A DNA stretch of 57,802 bases, taken from assembly GCA_027066435.1 (NCBI GenBank), contig JAMONX010000003.1, positions 1-57,802 on the forward strand. The letters run 5' to 3'. The stretch comes from Campylobacterales bacterium. GTDB lineage: Bacteria > Campylobacterota > Campylobacteria > Campylobacterales > QNZT01. The stretch's first letter is position 1, and each line of letters begins with the position of its first letter. Of this stretch, positions 52,814-57,802 are shown piece by piece. Below the pieces are notes generated by a model that ran no database searches, was not told the origin of the DNA, and was given only the letters and a program-made list of their open reading frames with translations. Made by a program: the position numbers and the translations under genes.

Positions 52814-53354
52814 TTTTCCATTGAATATGGCAATTACCAGTTAAAAAATACATCATACCATTTATTTGTCTATTATATATTTCTAAAACATTTTCACCTA
52901 GTTGATCTTTAATCTCATTTTCAAGATATATTCTTAATATTTTTTTTAACCTTATTTCATCTTTTATTGTTGGTAGTTTTGGTTTGATTTTACTTATAAA
53001 AATTGATTCAACTTCAGATAAAATATAAGTAATAATTTTTTGAGCTGATCGATAATTTTGATGTTTAATTATCATTTTAGAAATTAGTTCTTTTAACTCT
53101 ATGGCTTCATCAATAATATATTCAAAACCTGCTTCACAAAGTATAGTTGATAAATCTTTTTTACATTTAGTGTTACTATTATAATGATGAAGTTCATCTA
53201 TAACAGTAGTAATCTTGTTGTCATCTATGATTTCTTGTTTATAAAGTTCATTTAATTTATCTATTTGTGTTGGTTTAGGTAAAATATGATTATCTATTTT
53301 ATCATTACCAACAAAATCACGACCAGCAGTTATATTTTCAAATGAAGGAGACAT
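52797..53354 (-). CDS. ABC-three-component CTD protein (LmuA-like) lacking an enzymatic effector; N-terminal AGRD motif
   Basis: 185 aa ending GMMYFLTGNCHIQW; begins MSPSFENITAGRDFVGNDK. Confidence 0.72.
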   Translation of the reverse strand: MSPSFENITAGRDFVGNDKIDNHILPKPTQIDKLNELYKQEIIDDNKITTVIDELHHYNSNTKCKKDLSTILCEAGFEYIIDEAIELKELISKMIIKHQNYRSAQKIITYILSEVESIFISKIKPKLPTIKDEIRLKKILRIYLENEIKDQLGENVLEIYNRQINGMMYFLTGNCHIQWKNDAVV

Positions 53355-53365
53355 AAATAAAAACT

Positions 53366-53539
53366 TTATTTTTTATCTCTGCCAACAACATCACGACCAG
53401 CAGTTATATCTTTAAATGATGAGTTTTGTATATTGGATTTATTAAAAGATTTACAACTAAAAAAACCTCCAACAAGACCTATTATAAGACTGATTATACT
53501 TGCAAGACTTCCGAAATCAGAAAAACTAAAATTATCCAT
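53366..53539 (-). CDS. 57-aa single-TM micro-protein with C-terminal AGRD motif (absent from the ORF track)
   Basis: GAGGAG RBS 5 nt before ATG; MDNFSFSDFGSLASIISLIIGLVGGFFSCKSFNKSNIQNSSFKDITAGRDVVGRDKK*; ends 11 nt before the next start; TATAAT at 53571-53576. Confidence 0.8.
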   Translation of the reverse strand: MDNFSFSDFGSLASIISLIIGLVGGFFSCKSFNKSNIQNSSFKDITAGRDVVGRDKK

Positions 53540-53699
53540 TTATACTCCTCTTAATTAAATAAATTTTTATATTATACATAAAAATTAAATAATTGTTGTA
53601 TTTTTATATAAATTATATTATTTAATCATAATTTTATATTTTGTTTTTGGGCACTTTCTTTAAAAAGGTGTAAGGGCTTTAGGTAAATTTATGAATTTT

Positions 53700-53740
53700 G
53701 AAAAAATCTAAGACTATTGGTCTCCTCGTAGTTGTTAGAC
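53700..53740 (-). other. attC R''/L'' arm of the first integron cassette; distal arm not recognisable
   Basis: GTCTAAC (RYYYAAC) overlaps the gene stop and is the exact complement of GTTAGAC at the cassette start. Confidence 0.65.
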
Positions 53741-55051
53741 AACAAGTGTTTCTATTCGTTGAATCAACTTGTTATTAAACTCTTTATTATATTCAGTTTT
53801 ATCATTAATATGATTTATTACCATATCAACCAAGTCATTTTTATTGTATTTCAAGTTATTTAATTCAATAATATCCCCATTGATTTCAATATTGCTATTG
53901 TTTGAACTAAATATAGTTTCTATAATTTTTGTTGGGTAAAAATACTCAATGCCATTTTTTGACCATACAATTATATTTTCTTTTTCAATTCCCATTTTTT
54001 CAAGTGATTGAGGCAAACTTTTTCCATGTATAGAATCAATAACTGCAAATATTCTATCTCTGTATGGTGACTTTTGTATATCACCAAAAAGATCTTTTGT
54101 TATACTAAATACTTCTCTAATTCTACTATCACTATTAGCCTGAATTATACTAAAACGAGTATTTTTAAATTTTGTATTTAATACTCTTTCTATGTATTTG
54201 TAGTCACACTTACCTTCAACAATTATAATTGCAGATGGCATATATAATGTTTCAAGTCTATTTCCTAATAAAAAAAAGTGTATTTTATTGATATCTGCAA
54301 CTGAAGACGCTTGTTTAATATCAATTATATCACCTTGTTTTTCTGTGAAATAATTATTATTTATATTAATTCTATCCAAAAACACTGTTGAATGTGTTGC
54401 TAAAACTAAAGTTTTTATATGTCCAAAATACTTTTTACGTTTGCTTAAGTCAAAAAGAAAATCAGCAAAGAAGCCTTGTGCTTCAGGGCTAATTCCTAGT
54501 TCTGGTTCATCAATTAAAAATGTATTATAATCTTCATTTAATAACGAAGTTATCAATGTAATAATTAATCTAAAACCTGAACTAGTAAATGAAATATTAT
54601 GCCCATTAACCGAAATGTATTTTTGAGACATTGAGTTATTTGGTACTGTATGTAGTATTTCCATATCTGAATTTAGTAAGTCTTTTACAATAAGCATTAA
54701 ATTTATTCTTTTTTCATCGCTTAACTCAGCAATTGCTTGTTGTAAATTTAATGGAGAATTATCAATGTTCTGTATGCTAGTATCCCATTGCTGCACAAAT
54801 TGACTGAATTTTTGGGAGCGTTGATTCTTTTGAGGAGAATAAGGACTCAGCATATTGAAATTTTGATATCTAGCTGGTCCAAGATATGATGCTGTTTCTC
54901 CAAGTTGTCTTGCTACTAGTTTTAAAAAATATGATTTTCCACAATTATTTCTACCACATATCACTGCATAATTAGACTGAGTTATTGTTGATAATAGTGT
55001 TTGGGATGATTTACTTAATTGTGTAGATGGTTTTTGGTCATATTGATACAA
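53735..55051 (-). CDS. ABC-type ATPase plus TOPRIM (OLD-family-like) putative nuclease, carried as an integron cassette
   Basis: GRNNCGKS, SSG signature, FLIDEPE, LATHS, then IIVEGKCD...AVIDS TOPRIM-like motifs. Confidence 0.75.
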   Translation of the reverse strand: MYQYDQKPSTQLSKSSQTLLSTITQSNYAVICGRNNCGKSYFLKLVARQLGETASYLGPARYQNFNMLSPYSPQKNQRSQKFSQFVQQWDTSIQNIDNSPLNLQQAIAELSDEKRINLMLIVKDLLNSDMEILHTVPNNSMSQKYISVNGHNISFTSSGFRLIITLITSLLNEDYNTFLIDEPELGISPEAQGFFADFLFDLSKRKKYFGHIKTLVLATHSTVFLDRININNNYFTEKQGDIIDIKQASSVADINKIHFFLLGNRLETLYMPSAIIIVEGKCDYKYIERVLNTKFKNTRFSIIQANSDSRIREVFSITKDLFGDIQKSPYRDRIFAVIDSIHGKSLPQSLEKMGIEKENIIVWSKNGIEYFYPTKIIETIFSSNNSNIEINGDIIELNNLKYNKNDLVDMVINHINDKTEYNKEFNNKLIQRIETLVV

Positions 55052-55079
55052 TATATTTACCTTTTAATGTGTTACTGGT

Positions 55080-55106
55080 GTCTAACTATTTATTAAACTA
55101 ACATCA
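55080..55106 (-). other. Integron attI site
   Basis: Minus strand GTTAGTTTAATAAATA-GTTAGAC (GTTRRRY core) between the divergent intI and the first cassette. Confidence 0.65.
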
Positions 55107-55351
55107 TACCACAAACTACTCCGAAATCCAAAGTTAACTAACAGCTAAAATATACATTTAATCATGTCAAAAATAAAATAATATTTCAATTTGAAATATT
55201 ATTGGTATAAAAGTAAAGAATATATTATAATACTCTAAGAATACCTGTTGTCATTTAATACGGAAATTGCCGTTAATTTTGCATGGTGTTAAGTTAATTG
55301 GCATATACGACATTAAATGTACATAGTGTTTGTTTAATTATGGAGATTATT

Positions 55352-55845
55352 ATGAGTGTGAAAAGAAAGCTTTTGGGTGTGGTTTGCCAGAAGATAAGGT
55401 TGAAACATTATAGTATTTCGACAGAAAAAAATACATTATATATCATAATAAAAAACATCCTATAGAGATGGGAAAAGCTGAATTCGAAGATTTTTTAACT
55501 TATCTTGCGGTAGAGAAAAAAGTCTCACCGACAAAGCAAAATCAAGCATTTAGTGCTATTTTGTTTCTTTATACGCAGATTTTAGGTATTCTTCTAAAAG
55601 ATGAAAATATTTAAGCTTTGTGGGCACTAGAGAGAAAACATATACTGGTAATGATGACGCGTCAAGAAGTAAAAAGTGTTGTAGAAAACCTTACGGGGGT
55701 TTATCAGCTTATTGTTTATCTCATGTATGGTTGTGGTTTGCGGATGAGTGAAGCTTTAAAGTTGCGTGTTAAAGATATCGACTTTGGATTTGATAAAGTT
55801 TATATTTGGGATAGCAAAAGTTTAAAAGATAGAGAATTTAGCTAA
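55352..55845 (+). pseudogene. intI: Integron integrase pseudogene (deletion/frameshift, internal stop, 3' truncation)
   Basis: KIRLKHYSISTEK; HNKKHPIEMGK..FLTYLAVEKKVSPTKQNQAFSAILFLY; TAA at 55612; LMYGCGLRMSEALKLRVKDIDF...KSLKDR then ends. Confidence 0.88.
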
Positions 55846-55917
55846 AATTTTCTTTTAAGAAAACTAACTGATTTAGATTCTGTCCAATATGTTATTTTTT
55901 TTTGCTACTTTGAAAAC

Positions 55918-56199
55918 TTAACTAGTTTTTTGAATTAACCTACCTGTAACATACTGGTGCAGAACACTTGAAACCAAAGTTTGATATGGTAATCCAAGTT
56001 CAATAGCGGTAGCCTTTAACATCTCTAAATCTTTTGAAGAGAGTTTTATATTTATTCTCTTATCCTTTTTCATTGTGTTTTTTGCTATTTTTTTATGCTC
56101 TTTTAACTCTTGGTCTAAATTTTCTACAGATTGCCACTCATCGTTTTCTAATGACTTAAGAAGTTCTAACTCTTCATTGTCAAGTTTATCATCAACCAT
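55918..56199 (-). CDS. CopG/BrnA-like RHH antitoxin (orphan)
   Basis: KDKRINIKLSSKDL..LK..A...GLPYQTLVSSVLHQY; GGAGG RBS before ATG at 56199. Confidence 0.82.
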   Translation of the reverse strand: MVDDKLDNEELELLKSLENDEWQSVENLDQELKEHKKIAKNTMKKDKRINIKLSSKDLEMLKATAIELGLPYQTLVSSVLHQYVTGRLIQKTS

Positions 56200-56290
56200 T
56201 GTTACCTCCAAGATATTTTTTAGTATATTTTTTGCTTGGTATGATAGTTTTTAAAAATCTTTCGTTTTTATTTTCAATAAATGGTAGCAC
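56192..56290 (-). pseudogene. C-terminal remnant of the cognate BrnT-like toxin
   Basis: VLPFIENKNERFLKTIIPSKKYTKKYLGG* overlaps the antitoxin start; no N-terminus. Confidence 0.6.
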
Positions 56291-56434
56291 ATTATGTGCT
56301 TTATGTCAATAAAATAGAATTGGACTCATTGGTTACCTTCTTTTTTAACTCACTATATAAAATAGCTTAGGACAACCAGTCGATTTTGATTTGATTGGTT
56401 ATAATAGTCAAAATTTATCCAAGGGAAATAGATA

Positions 56435-57154
56435 TTGGCAAAGGTATATTTGACAGGGGCTGGTCCGGGAGATCTTGAGCTGTTGACGATAAAAGCTCTT
56501 CGTGTGGTGAGAGAGGCGGATGTTATCATCTATGATAGGTTGGCAAATCCTGAGATTTTGAAAGAGGCTAGGGATGATTGTCAATTTATCTATGTGGGTA
56601 AAGAGGATTCAAAACATACACTTCCACAAGAGGAGATAAATGAGCTCATCTATCAATCTGCTTTGAAGTATGAAAATGTCGTTAGGCTCAAAGGTGGGGA
56701 TCCTGTGGTTTTTGGTCGTGGTGGGGAAGAGGGGATTTATCTGAAAAAAAGAGGTATAGAGTTTGAGTTTATACCTGGGGTTACTTCTGCTATCGCTGTG
56801 CCTGAGTGTGCTGGTATTCCTGTGACACATCGTGGTGTTGCTGTCTCATTTCGTGTGGTGACTGGACACGAGAGTAGGGGTAAAAAAGATTCTCAGATAT
56901 CTTGGGAGGATTATACTACGGATGAGACTATCATCTTTTTGATGGGGTTTCATCGTTTGGAGTATATCTGTGAGATGCTTATGAAGGTTGGTAAGAGTAG
57001 AGATACTCCTGTGGCGGTTATCAGTAAGGGGACTACAATTGACGAAAAGGTAGTTGTTAGTACACTGGAAGATATTTTTGAGAGGGCAAAAACTCTCTCT
57101 TCTCCTGCGATTATAGTTGTTGGGGAAGTTGTTAGGTTGAGAGAGGAGTTGTAG
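56435..57154 (+). CDS. cobA: Uroporphyrinogen-III C-methyltransferase
   Basis: VYLTGAGPGD, RLKGGDP..FGRGGEE, PGVTSA, AGIPVTHRG. Confidence 0.95.
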   Translation: MAKVYLTGAGPGDLELLTIKALRVVREADVIIYDRLANPEILKEARDDCQFIYVGKEDSKHTLPQEEINELIYQSALKYENVVRLKGGDPVVFGRGGEEGIYLKKRGIEFEFIPGVTSAIAVPECAGIPVTHRGVAVSFRVVTGHESRGKKDSQISWEDYTTDETIIFLMGFHRLEYICEMLMKVGKSRDTPVAVISKGTTIDEKVVVSTLEDIFERAKTLSSPAIIVVGEVVRLREEL

Positions 57155-57156
57155 AG

Positions 57157-57714
57157 GTGTATTTTCCTGCATTTATAAAGCTTGATGATTTGAAGGTTTT
57201 GATAGTTGGTGGAGGTGCTGTTGCCTCTGATAAGCTTTTGCATATGCTTGATTTTACTAGAGATATTTGTGTGATTGCACCGTGGGTTTCAACTCAGATG
57301 CAAGATATGATAGAGAAAAATGGGCTTTCATATGAGGATAGAGTTTATAGGAATGGTGATATTGACGGTTTTGGGATAGTTATCGTGGCGGTTGATGATA
57401 TGAGAGTGCAAAGAAGTATCTATGATGAAGCGAAGATAAAAAAGGTACTTTGTAACTGTGTTGATTTAGTTGAGTATTGTGATTTTATCTTTCCTTCATA
57501 TATTAAAAACGGAGATTTGACAATCGCTGTTTCTACCTCTGGGGCTTCTCCTGCGGTTGCTAAATATTTGAGAAGATTTTTGGAGAAAGTTATACCAAAT
57601 TCTATAGCAGAATTTCTTGAAGAAATGAAAATTTTAAGAACTACTATACCAAAAGGTAAAAATAGAATGAAATTTTTAGATGAGAAAGCTAAGAACTATT
57701 TTGATGACAAATAA
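57157..57714 (+). CDS. Precorrin-2 dehydrogenase / sirohydrochlorin ferrochelatase (CysG N-terminal/Met8-like)
   Basis: LIVGGGAVA, NCVD...CDFIFP, IAVSTSGASP. Confidence 0.9.
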   Translation: MYFPAFIKLDDLKVLIVGGGAVASDKLLHMLDFTRDICVIAPWVSTQMQDMIEKNGLSYEDRVYRNGDIDGFGIVIVAVDDMRVQRSIYDEAKIKKVLCNCVDLVEYCDFIFPSYIKNGDLTIAVSTSGASPAVAKYLRRFLEKVIPNSIAEFLEEMKILRTTIPKGKNRMKFLDEKAKNYFDDK

Positions 57715-57802
57715 TTAATTTATTAAAATATTATGTTAATATAGTAAATAGATTAATTATTAAGGGCATATATTGAAAAATAGAAAAACTATAATTACAT
57801 AT

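Overview
AT-rich chromosomal window from a Campylobacterota (epsilonproteobacterial, Sulfurospirillum/Sulfurovum-like) genome, inferred from hobA, napL and the conserved gene orders ilvC-minDE-dprA-ruvX and hemW/tatBC/queA/rppH/lysC/hobA/holB/folP. It opens with a 5S rRNA gene. About 46 kb of mostly core genes follow: feoBA, acs, ilvC, minDE, tatBC, lysC, folP, ftsAZ, rsmH, and a napAGHBBFLD operon with a duplicated napB. There are two accessory blocks. (1) An NHL-propeller plus multiheme cytochrome cluster (16.1-20.4 kb) sits between tatB and hemW; its proteins resemble the Geobacter nanowire cytochrome OmcE. (2) A decaying integron and defence island (46.8-56.3 kb) holds an intI pseudogene, an attI site, attC half-sites, RelE/ParE TA modules, an IS1595 element, a RAYT fragment, an ATPase-TOPRIM cassette and an ABC-three-component (Lamassu-like) locus. 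The most striking observation is in that last locus. The LmuA-like subunit has no enzymatic effector domain and instead starts with SFENITAGRDFVGNDK. An unannotated 57-aa transmembrane micro-protein encoded just upstream ends with a near-identical motif, SFKDITAGRDVVGRDK. This matches the architecture of amyloid/prion-like signalling pairs and suggests a Lamassu-type sensor coupled to a membrane effector. All family assignments come from motif recognition by eye, not database searches.
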